From positions 1 to 34,757 of the forward strand of contig JAHLWZ010000788.1 in the NCBI GenBank assembly GCA_020536535.1: DNA of 34,757 nucleotides, read 5' to 3'. This stretch comes from Pelomyxa schiedti (lineage: Eukaryota; Protista; Evosea). Below, piece by piece: positions 25,076-34,757 of this stretch. Position 1 is the stretch's first letter, and each line of letters starts with the position of its first letter. Under the pieces are notes generated by a model. It searched no databases, was not told the origin of the DNA, and worked only from the letters and a program-made list of their open reading frames with translations. A program made the position numbers and the translations under genes.

Positions 25076-26506
25076 TCAAACAACCTGAGAGAATAAACTC
25101 TGCAACTGGATGTTGCCAGTATAGCTGAAGGAGAATAATGTGTTTCCAGATGACGGTTCAGTGATCTGCAAGCAGCAGTTACCACTTTCACGGATAACAG
25201 TGGTTATAATGAGTCCCCCCTCTGCAAACACACTAGTACAACCAACTGGGCACCCAATGTTCCTCAGAGCACTGTGCAGGTTGTTGCAATCCCATATTTC
25301 ATACCACGTGGGTCCGCTGAACATCAGCAAGGGGACCATTGACGCATCCATGTGGTGCCTGGCAATGCAAAACAGGGACCCACTGAGTGGACATATGCCA
25401 TCAACGTAGCCATCCCCCTTCACTTGGATTTGAGTGCCGGTTCCTTCTTCAATGGCAATTGCACACCTCCCACCAGCTTGGTACATGTCCAGCACAACAA
25501 CAAAAAATCGGGAGCCATGTTGGTTCCTGAGAACGACTCCTGAGGGAACTTCACATGGCCAGACGTTGAATGCAGAAGTGGTGGAACTCAGGATTGACAC
25601 TCTCTTTCTTGACCAGGTTTGCGAAGTATCAATTACCATCAGGTGAGCCATATAAGGCCGCAAGTTCTTTGCCCCATTCCCAAGCTGCACTATCACGGCC
25701 TCATCCTGAACAGCATGGTTGAAAAAGAACACTATGTTGATGTCAGACATTCGATATGAAGCCGGCATGACCAGAGGCACGTCGTCAATAACACACCTTG
25801 TACCGGCTTCATCCCCAAAGGTGGGCGTGACTTCCAGCTTAGAAAGAATTCCATAGTAAACCAGAAGCCACTTTCCATTGACTTCTGTCTTTCTTGCCTT
25901 TTGGGTGACAGTTAGCCCCTCCCAGACTACCAACTTGGTCCCGGTCGTAACACCAGCCAGCTCCAATCGATCGGAGAGTCTGTGGAACGAGAGGGCATTA
26001 TGGGAGTTGACAGAAAGGAGCCGCGTGTTCGGCCTGTTGTCCCTCCAGAAAGTTACCTCCCTTGTGATTGCACCAGTCAGTGGCGACACTCCAAACGTGG
26101 TCAGGTTGTTTGTGAAGCACAGGGGCATGGAGCTGTCAATCCAATCTACACTAATCACCAAAGTTGGGAAATCTACAAGCCACTCCCATAATACCCTCGC
26201 GGCGCACCACGCGTAGCCACAACCGTGGACGGAGCCGCCGAGGCGGCGGCATGGGCCCCCGCAGCGAGGGTGGGTCCACATCAACAAGGCAAAGAACTGG
26301 TCCCGCAGGCGCAGGACGGGCCCCGTCGGGGTGACGACTCCGCGCTGCGATGGGGGCCGCGGGGCCGACAAGGGGTGCGGGTGCGCTGTCGCGAGAACGC
26401 GGGGATCAGCACCTGATCTTCCTCTCTTGTATTTTGGCGGCTGAGGAGTTTCGCCGTCGTTGTGGTTGCAGTTGTTGGAATCGAGGAGCCGGCCGAGGTC
26501 GGACAT
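25076..26506 (-). CDS. Intronless hypothetical protein (~476 aa) with N-terminal 'LRDQFFALLMWTHPRCG...ARVLWEW' motif and beta-rich C-terminal region
   Basis: Long uninterrupted ORF; the first ATG is at 26506 (MSDLGRLL), while the ORF track start at 26527 is a TTG. No characterised domain recognised. Confidence 0.75.
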   Translation of the reverse strand: MSDLGRLLDSNNCNHNDGETPQPPKYKRGRSGADPRVLATAHPHPLSAPRPPSQRGVVTPTGPVLRLRDQFFALLMWTHPRCGGPCRRLGGSVHGCGYAWCAARVLWEWLVDFPTLVISVDWIDSSMPLCFTNNLTTFGVSPLTGAITREVTFWRDNRPNTRLLSVNSHNALSFHRLSDRLELAGVTTGTKLVVWEGLTVTQKARKTEVNGKWLLVYYGILSKLEVTPTFGDEAGTRCVIDDVPLVMPASYRMSDINIVFFFNHAVQDEAVIVQLGNGAKNLRPYMAHLMVIDTSQTWSRKRVSILSSTTSAFNVWPCEVPSGVVLRNQHGSRFFVVVLDMYQAGGRCAIAIEEGTGTQIQVKGDGYVDGICPLSGSLFCIARHHMDASMVPLLMFSGPTWYEIWDCNNLHSALRNIGCPVGCTSVFAEGGLIITTVIRESGNCCLQITEPSSGNTLFSFSYTGNIQLQSLFSQVV

Positions 26507-26563
26507 CAAACTCTGTTGTTTGACCAAATTGTCTGTTCGCGGAAATCATCGTTCGAAAACAAA
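26507..26563. promoter_or_regulatory. Putative 57-nt bidirectional promoter/5' region between divergent start codons
   Basis: ATG (-) at 26506 and ATG (+) at 26564 (context gaaaacaaaATG), inside a CpG-rich region. Confidence 0.5.
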
Positions 26564-29106
26564 ATGGCAGCATGCGCGGAGGTGCGCAGAGGTGATGGAA
26601 CGGATTGTGGGACGGCTGGAAGTTGTGAGGAGATGGTAGAGCGGGCTAGGGTGATGGCTGAGAACGACCCGCAATGGGCAAAAACCCCGTTTCTAAATGG
26701 TAAATCATTGGCTTAATGTTAATGAAGTCATAGCAACTGTGAAGTAATTTGTCCGGTGCGTAGAATAGTGTAGAAATAAGACATGGCATACATAACAAAA
26801 AGGTTTTTACCCTTTGCAAATTGCTTGCAAGAGGGGATATGTGAAGGCCACCCGGTACTTGATTGAGGAATGTCACTGTGATGTCAATGTGAGAGATGCA
26901 AAGAGGGGCTGTACCCCATTACACCTTGCATGTGCTTCGTACATTCTGCCCCCCTCCCTTTCCCCTTTTTTTTCACTTGCTACTACTGCAGAGGGCATGC
27001 CTACCTTGCGTATATATTAATCAAGCAGTACAACGCCTACGTTGACGCCAGGGATGATCGCTTGGATACCCCTCTTGTAGCGGCTATTGATCGCGGGCAA
27101 TTTGCGGTTGTGAAAGTGCTCATTCAAAACTGTATATACTTCTTGTTTGCAGTCTCTTATATAACCACTGAAACAGGCAATGCAAATCCGATGCTGCGGG
27201 ATGAATACGGCGAAACCCCACGTGAGATTGCTGTGAGGACTAAGCACCATGACATTGCTGTGTTTCTGGAAGGGTGCCATTATTGTTCCACTAACAAGGT
27301 AGGTTTCACAGACAATTTCCCTGTTCTCAAACCCAAAAATACAGAAGAAGATAAGTTTAGAAGAGCTTATCACAATTCCAGCAAGTGGGCAAGAAGTGGA
27401 TGACAAGCTCAAACTTCAACTTGAACTTACAAAGCAATCGAGTCCACTTGAGGGACAGCAAGATATCTTTGGCGAGGCACCAAAAACTTTGGAAAACATG
27501 CGCAGCCACACCATAAGGCTCACAATTAGGGAGGACAATCACCAAGACACACTGAATTATGTAAACTTGCAAACAAGTTCATTGGCAATTAGGCTAGTAT
27601 GTGCCGGCAGAGCAGTGTGTCCCCTCTTAAGCCCGTACTACTTTCCAAACTTTTAACAGTGTTCTGGCAGCCACCTGTTGTCTGGGAAGGATTGCATCGC
27701 ATGCAATCAAGTGTGCACAATGTGGCGCAAAGCACTGTCCACTGATGATTCGATTTGGGTTCCTCACATCAAGTTTGCAACTCCAGCCAATTTCCTCTTT
27801 TTTTTATGCTTAATTTCAGCTTACTATAGACAAGCAATTAGTAATGCCCTGTGGAACACAATTGAATACCATGATCAGGTCATTCCCCAAGAGGAAAAAG
27901 GGGAGTGGAGAGACGTATCATTTTGGAGTTCCAAAAAGGATGTGCTGCAGGCTTGGTCAGCAACACCACCTGAGAAGTTTTACCACAATTCCAAAGTGAA
28001 GTACCTTTGGGTAATGAGGAAAAAAGGGAGAGTTCCTCTGCCTGCGGGAGATGTTCCAAGATACAATCCCTTGATTCATAACAAATGGTACTGCTCTTCT
28101 TCAAACCGCGCAAAGCCTCACAAAAAAAAAAGGTGGTCTCCAAGGGATGCAGCACTTTGTTTTTGGTGCTATATCTGGCAATACCAGGTTTTTTGTCACA
28201 CTCTTCTTTTTTTTCAAGTCACTCAACAATCCAAGTGGCTGGGCTTCTTCATCAAACAGAGTGTTAGCATGAGAAGCAGTTATGACCCCAAAGTGTTGAA
28301 ATCCGTAAGAAATTCGGTTGGAGCCATTGGGGTGATGATCACGCTTCTTGTACTTGGGAAGTATCTCAGTCTTCCGCGCAGTGAGACAGACAACAACTGC
28401 TCCTTGTGGCCAATCAGTCAGAATTATATTGCCACATCTGTTCTTGTAAGTGCTCCTTACTTGAACAATAAATGTAATTAAAATTGGCCAGTTTTCACAG
28501 CAGTTGTCCTGGATTCTTTACGCATTTTCGCTTGGAGCCAAGGTTGTTTGTTTTCCTCACCAACTTCCTCTCATTCGCACCTCCAGAAGAGGAACGCGTT
28601 TTACTGGTTCCCATGGTTTATTCTGATTTTAGGAATGATTCCTTTTCCCTCGGAGTGGGTTTGCTTCTTCCGGTCAATTGTAACAACACATGAAACAATG
28701 GAATGTAATTACTAACCAAAATTTCAGACACACCCGAACCCGATTTTCCTGGCCATGGCTTCTTGTGTGTTGCTGGCTTCGGCTTTACTCTTATGCAAAT
28801 ACAAATTGCACAAACCAGTTAACCTCAATTCACTGGTTTGTCTTTGCCGAACAATATAATATTAGTAAGTAACGTACCGCCGGCATATAAAAAAAAACCC
28901 CGCAGGGTCTTGGAATACTGGCGACTTCCATTGGTCTCATTATCTGGTATGATAGATTCGTGATTGTGGCACGTTGTACTTGCACTGCACAGCTGATGCT
29001 GCGAGGAGCCTATCCTGATTATGACCTCACATGGGGCAGGCATAAACTAGCCATGGCCGCATTCGCACTTGTGATTCTGGCCCTCCTGGTTTTGTTCTTT
29101 GTGTAA
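26564..29106 (+). CDS. Ankyrin-repeat + F-box-like + ~6 transmembrane helix protein, multi-exon
   Basis: ANK motifs 'TLLQIACKRGYVKATRYLIEE', 'GCTPLHLAC', 'DTPLVAAIDRGQFAVVKVLI' and 'GETPREIA'. F-box-like 'LLSGKDCIACNQVCTMWRKALSTDDSIW'. The spliced C-terminus has hydrophobic helices and ends 'LAMAAFALVILALLVLFFV*' (stop 29104-29106). Confidence 0.7.
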
Positions 29107-29163
29107 AACCAAAAATAACCCAACCTCCGTGAGAGCTGTTTGTTTGTTGTTATCCTTTGCTTT

Positions 29164-32100
29164 TTAGTTGAAGTGGTCACAGATGCGCAACAGCGATGAC
29201 ATCGGTGACCTGGCGAAGGGATCAGCAACAAGGCAGCATGAAAGCAGCTGAAGTGACCACGGCGGCATGGTAGCGGCGTCGCAGCGGTCAGTGTCAACAA
29301 CAAAGGCCCCGCGGCTGAGTGCCGGTGCAACGTGGAACCTCTCGACCTCTGTGTGCCATGGTTTCATCCCTGAGGGTGGTGGGGGTGTTCTTCTGCTCGT
29401 AGAAGCTGCGGTCGGGGCTGAGTCCGGTACTGAAACTGTTGGTTGTGAATTAGCGGCGGTGGTTCGTGGGAAAGAAGAAGGAACAGATAGCCAGGTACCG
29501 GTAGTTGTGGTTCCGGTCGCAGTGGATGTTGCACTGGTCGTCCCGCCGGTGGATTGGGAGCTCAGTTGTGTTGTAGGTGGTGGAATTGATGATGTTTTAG
29601 AGGGTCCGGTATTTCCTGTTGAAGATAATGTAACTGACTTGAGGGCAACATAAGATAGCGGCGCCACTAAGTTGTGCACAAGAATTCCTTTTTACGGAGT
29701 TAGTTTGCAGTGTGATGAGTGGCAGTAACGAAATACCAAAATCCCACACATCGCTCTTGGGACTGGCCCGATACCCATTCAGGACCTCGGGACTCCTGTT
29801 CCTTCCATCCAACAGCCGCGTTTTCTCTGGCTTTGCTTCGGAAGTGGCATCATTCGTCGGGGCTGCATAATTGTCCCATGGAATCGTTGGGTGTGTAATC
29901 TATTGTTTAAGAACAGTTAAACCAAAACAACCGGCCAATTAACCTTCGCGCAAGGTCCGGTTGCCTCCAATGAAGTTATCAAGACATGCTCTGTGACAGA
30001 GTTATTTGGAATTGTGACAGACGAAACGGGGCAAACCAATGTCAATCCCACCGTGAACGATGGGAGGATCCTGCTTGTGGAGGTGACTGAGTCCCTCGGC
30101 AACATCTCTGAGTATCCTTTGCCGCAAGGCCATGGGCATGACCCGATTTAATGTTTCAAGGTTCGGCGGTTGTTGGAGGCACACTTTGAGGAGATCGTGC
30201 AAAGAAATCACTTGGTTGAGACTTGCAGATTCCGGTGGATTGGGGCCAGGAGTTGTGGTGGGAAACAAACAAGCAGGGATGCTGAGAGGGGGGAGGAATT
30301 CACTCAACCCCAAGAGTGTGCCTCCACGCAGAGCCACTCCGTAGAACTGTGCCACATTGGTATGGCCCGGAGTTTCCCTCAGTGTCGTAATTTCTGTATG
30401 GCCTGGAGTTTCACTAAGAGCCGTAATTTCTGTAAATAAGACCTGGGCATTTCTGACTCCTTTGGTCTCAGCTTTGGTATCAAGAACAAAATTAGAACAC
30501 CACGTTTTTGGTTGGAGTGTGACCGCAGGTCGCCCTTCTTGTTCACCATCATATCTGGTTATCAAATTCGATTCCGGCTGAACGGCATTGATGTTGATGA
30601 TGGAAGGAAAACCCAGGCTGAAGAGAGATGGGGCAATTTCGGCAATTGGCACACCTGGATGCACAGCGCAATCCATGCTATCTTTGCCCTTCAGGGCTTC
30701 CTCCATGATCTGTTCGGGAAAGAAGATGCTGCGGACACTGCCATCGGGAATGCACTGGAAACGGGGTGCTGATTCTGTGACAGAGGACAAGTACTGTTTC
30801 AAGCATTTCGGGCACGGAAACGAGTAGCTCACTGCATGTTTATGGGCCAACACAGTTCCGCGGAACAAATTGAGGGCGGTGGTCATGAGATTACCCTTCC
30901 AGTTTGCTTGCTCTCCCTCCTTGCAGACCGTTTTCATGACAACTTCCACTATTGTATCTTGTGTCACTTTGTGCTGACCACGCGTGATCAATAAGTAGGA
31001 TTCTTGGTTTCGCACATCACTGGACCGTTTGAAGAACACAATTCCATCTCTCCAAAAGAATTGCAGTCCTATTCCCTTGCATAGAGAGCGTAGAACCGAC
31101 GAAAAGACCTCAGATGGAAGGAAACCAAAGTTGAGGATGCAACCAGATGTAAACACCTCCCTGTTCTTTGAGTTGCATGTCTCCGAGAAGGCCTTTAGAT
31201 AGTCGAAAGGTGTTTGAGGGAGGAGGAAGAAAGGCAAATGCAGGCACTGAACCCCAATGTCCATGATCATCCCCAATTTGGAAAGAACATCCAGCACCGC
31301 CCTGGAATCAAAGCCATGTGGCCACTTGATGGTGGACACCCTCATTTTTTCCATGGAGGTCATGTGAGTGGGTGCACCAACTGCTGTTAAAGTTGCCTGG
31401 GTCAATGTGGTCATTACGTCATTGAACCAAGAGGGATCCAACACAACAATCTCATTCCTCTCTGACGGACTTTGGCAGCCATCTTCGCTGAAGTTGTGCC
31501 TAAAGTGGAAAATGGAACCCACATTGGACAAGTAATCAAAGCAGTCCCTCAATTCCTTTTGCTCCTCGTATTGGCTCCTTTTTGCTGTGTTTCTCGCAAC
31601 TCCACACTGGCGAGCAATATTTACCAACTGAGACCAATTTAGTACCTTGGTTTTAACTGAAGTTCTCAGGTAATCCTCCAGCCTCAACCAGCTTAGTGGA
31701 ACGGACTCTGCAGAATTGAATGTCTTTTTCAGAGCATCAGCAAGGTCTCCGATAATGCGGTGGCGATAATTTCCATCTGGTTGATAATTCTCACAAAAGG
31801 TATAGCCATCTCCCAATCTCAAGTCAACTGCAAAGCATCCTGCAAAGTCGATTGTTTTTGACCAGGAGCTCGTGACGGATTGGTATAACGCTTTGAATGA
31901 TTCAGGACGGCGGGAGCTTTCTTCATAAATCCCAACAAGTAAAACCGTGGGTATTGGTGTGTTAACAAAACGTGTGAGTGCTGTCTTGCCGGAATGGTAT
32001 GAGTTGATTTTGTTGAGCCAAAAGGTTATTTTGGCAAGTGCTGGATGTTGATGGCTATATCCCACCCCAACAGGTGTTGGGGATGGCGATGGGTCAAAAA

Positions 32101-33651
32101 CGAGCATAAATATTTTGTTGGGGATGAAGAAACATGGGTAAAATGAATTCCAGTTCTCATCGTCCCCTCCTTTTTAAATATTAATCAAGGACAAAAAAAA
32201 GAGTGCGGGAGAAATAAACCCAAATCCCACGCTGTCCAGCTGATTTGGCTGTTGTTTGGATGCTTCCACTTGAAAGGCTTGAGTACAGATGCAACTGGAC
32301 TGCGGGGGTTGGAAGGTGGTAGCACTTTCATTTTGCGTTTGTTCTCCATCAAGCATTGCAATAATGCTGCTTTGAGAGGGCGATTGCCACCAACAACAAT
32401 AATTCTGTAGTTGATTTTGGATTTTGAATCACCTGAGATTCCTTTCAGTTGAAACGGCGCATCTTGCAGTTCCAAGGAGTCAAGGTTAATGGACGGAAGG
32501 TGTGTATCACTCGAAAAGCAGAGCTCCTTTACTGCAGGCCAATTTTCAGCTTTCACCCATGCTCGGATTGCTGATAATAGTACGTGAGGGTAGGTGTCCC
32601 CTGAGAAAAGCTCCAGCAGCGATCGGACAATCAAATGGTTCATCCAGGTAATATCAATTGGCCCTTCCACTGGCAGTGGTATCATGCTTATCTCAAAGGA
32701 TGGTATGGGGAGAGGTATGGGCCTGCAAATACCTGGTTGCGAATCAATGGCAAAATAGTATTTGTGGAGGAGACAACCTTGGCAAATTTTTGCTGCAGTG
32801 GCTGTTTCAATGATTGTCGATACCAGAACTTTTAAGGAATCAGTAGATATCCCAAAGGACTTTACAAGCTTGGTTGCGTGCATCTACAACCAATCATCGA
32901 AATCACTTAGAAAAAAAAAAAAACATTAAACAAAAAAACATACAGTAAAAGCGATTCCAAGTGGTGACAAAAGGGCCTCGTCTCCCTTCTTGTAAATCGG
33001 AGCCTTCTTACTGGAGTTGAGCAGGATGAGCGACCTGTAACGAGACCACCGGGCCGGATCCACCCCCTCGTCGGGGCCATACTTATCGTAGGTACCGTAA
33101 AGCACAGAGGCGGCCCGGCACACCTCCTTCACCGTCGAGCTGGTCACGTCTTCCGGCGTCAGTGCCAGGACCACTGATGGTACCCCCTCTTTTGCGGCGC
33201 AGCCGGCATTCATCATGGCGCTTCCGTCCCGGTGGAACACAACACGGCCGGTGTCCGACGCCGAATCGAAGGTCGTAAGATCCACCGCGACGCGGGGCTT
33301 CTTATTCAAGACCGCGGACGACGACGACGACGACGACGGAGGGGGTGCCTCGAACGCGATGCCGTGCCTGACCAGGGAGCCGTACAGGTTGAGTGCCTTT
33401 GTTTTCTTTCCCACCATCGGCGCGATTACGTAACAGTGGGTGACTTGGCGGTCTTCGGCCGCGGTCGTCGGCGTCGCGGCAGCCGGTACGTCGGCGTAGG
33501 CTGGGGCCGCTCCGCCTTCGGTCGCTGCAGTCGCTGGTTTGGATGGCACCGCGAAGGCTGGGCTTCGCGGCATTGACTGAATGATTTCTTGGTTTTTTCC
33601 CTGCTTAAACAGAACCTCCACAACCACGAAGACCGACTGACCCACAGTCAT
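29164..33651 (-). CDS. Degenerate Roco-family protein: N-terminal Ras-like domain (inferred), ROC, COR and pseudokinase; start at 33651 or 33573
   Basis: ROC-like 'RIIVVGGNRPLKAALL', 'AWDLG|GDDENWNSFYPCFFIPNKIFMLVFD', 'FWLNKI' and 'VLLVG'. COR 'VPLSWLRLEDYL...YLSNVGSIFHF...VVLDPSWFNDVMTTL', 'FGFLPSEVFS' and 'FWRDGI'. Kinase fold 'HTNVAQFYGV', 'LRQRILRDVAEGLSHLHKQDPPIVH', 'SPEVL', 'SDVWDFG' and 'CLVADPFARSPM'. Confidence 0.8.
30360..30431. repeat. Two-copy 36-nt tandem duplication in the Roco kinase domain (TEITALSETPGH / TEITTLRETPGH)
   Basis: gtatggcccggagtttccctcagtgtcgtaatttct followed by gtatggcctggagtttcactaagagccgtaatttct. Confidence 0.9.
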
Positions 33652-33941
33652 GTGGTGCCTGTATCAACATGTGAAAATTGGCAACAAATACAGGAGTAGG
33701 AGTCGAATGAATCGATTGTGCAGGTGAGGCCGCCATTGATCAAAAGACACAGCTGCGAAGTTTGAGAAAATGAGAGTGGTGTGTAGTGACTTCATGTTGT
33801 TTTTTCTTGGATTGAAAAATTTGCTCGTGTGCTGGGGAAGCATTTTCCTTCTCTTACTCAAGTCATATTACATTCAATTTCATGCATGCTTTTCTTTCAA
33901 GTGGAGCTTTTATGCACCACAGGGGCGCTCACAGCCGAGCC

Positions 33942-34041
33942 NNNNNNNNNNNNNNNNNNNNNNNNNNNNNNNNNNNNNNNNNNNNNNNNNNNNNNNNNNN
34001 NNNNNNNNNNNNNNNNNNNNNNNNNNNNNNNNNNNNNNNNN
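33942..34041. other. 100-N scaffold gap
   Basis: Run of 100 N. Confidence 0.98.
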
Positions 34042-34579
34042 GCACAGAGGCGGCCCGGCACACCTCCTTCACCGTCGAGCTGGTCACGTCTTCCGGCGTC
34101 AGTGCCAGGACCACTGATGGTACCCCCTCTTTTGCGGCGCAGCCGGCATTCATCATGGCGCTCCCGTCCCGGTGGAACACAACACGGCCGGTCTCCGACG
34201 CCGAATCGAAGGTCGTAAGGTCCACCGCGACGCGGGGCTTCTTATTCAAGACCGCGGCCGACGACGACGACGGAGGGGGTGCCTCGAACGCGATGCCGTG
34301 CCTGACCAGGGAGCCGTACAGGTTGAGTGCCTTTGTTTTCTTTCCCACCATCGGCGCGATGACGTAACAGTGGGTGACTTGGCGGTCTTCGGCCGCGGTC
34401 GTCGGCGTCACGGCAGCCGGTACGTCGGCGGCTGGGGCTCCGCCTTCGGTCGCTGCAGTCGCTGGTTTGGATGGCACCGCGAAGGCTGGGCTTCGCGGCA
34501 TTGACTGAATGTATTCTTGGCTTTTTCCCTGCTTAAACAGAACTTCCACAACCACGAAGACCGACTGACCCACAGTCAT
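34042..34579 (-). CDS. Partial second copy (allele or paralog) of the first exon of the Roco-like gene, cut off by the gap
   Basis: 34042-34757 aligns with 33102-33828, with scattered substitutions and in-frame indels; the reading frame is intact. Confidence 0.65.
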
Positions 34580-34757
34580 GTGGTGCCTGTAGCAACATGT
34601 GAAAATTGGCAACAAATACAGGAGTAGGAGTCGAATGAATCGATTGTGCAGGTGAGGCCGCCATTGATCACAAGACAAAACTGCGAAGTTTGAGAAAATG
34701 AGAGTTGGTGTGTAGTGACTTCATGTTGTTTTTTCTTGGATTGAAAAAGTTGCTCGT

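Noticed and set aside
33829-34678. ORFs running through N-runs (also 3778-4757)
   Set aside because: Artefacts of translating across scaffold gaps.

Overview
Compact, intron-rich eukaryotic (protist) genomic DNA; no prokaryotic features, RNA genes, CRISPR arrays or transposons were recognised. Introns are mostly ~40-55 nt GT-AG and most intergenic gaps are ~40-430 nt. Gene content and style suggest an amoebozoan, plausibly an archamoeba such as Pelomyxa (inference, not verified). Gene models were spliced by hand. In order: a 3' partial kinase-like gene (+); LIS1 (-); a B4GALNT1-like glycosyltransferase (-); a ~14.3 kb single-pass receptor kinase with ~35 tandem IPT/TIG domains (-); SYS1 (-); gamma-tubulin complex component 2 (-); an intronless hypothetical protein with an 'RDQFxALLMxxHPRCG' motif (-); an ankyrin + F-box-like + multi-TM protein (+); a degenerate Roco-type protein (-); and a diverged second copy of the Roco 5' end after a scaffold gap. 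The most striking element is the giant receptor: a Tgr-like IPT array, almost entirely separated by phase-1 introns at domain boundaries, joined to an Entamoeba-TMK-like cytoplasmic module with an intact kinase.
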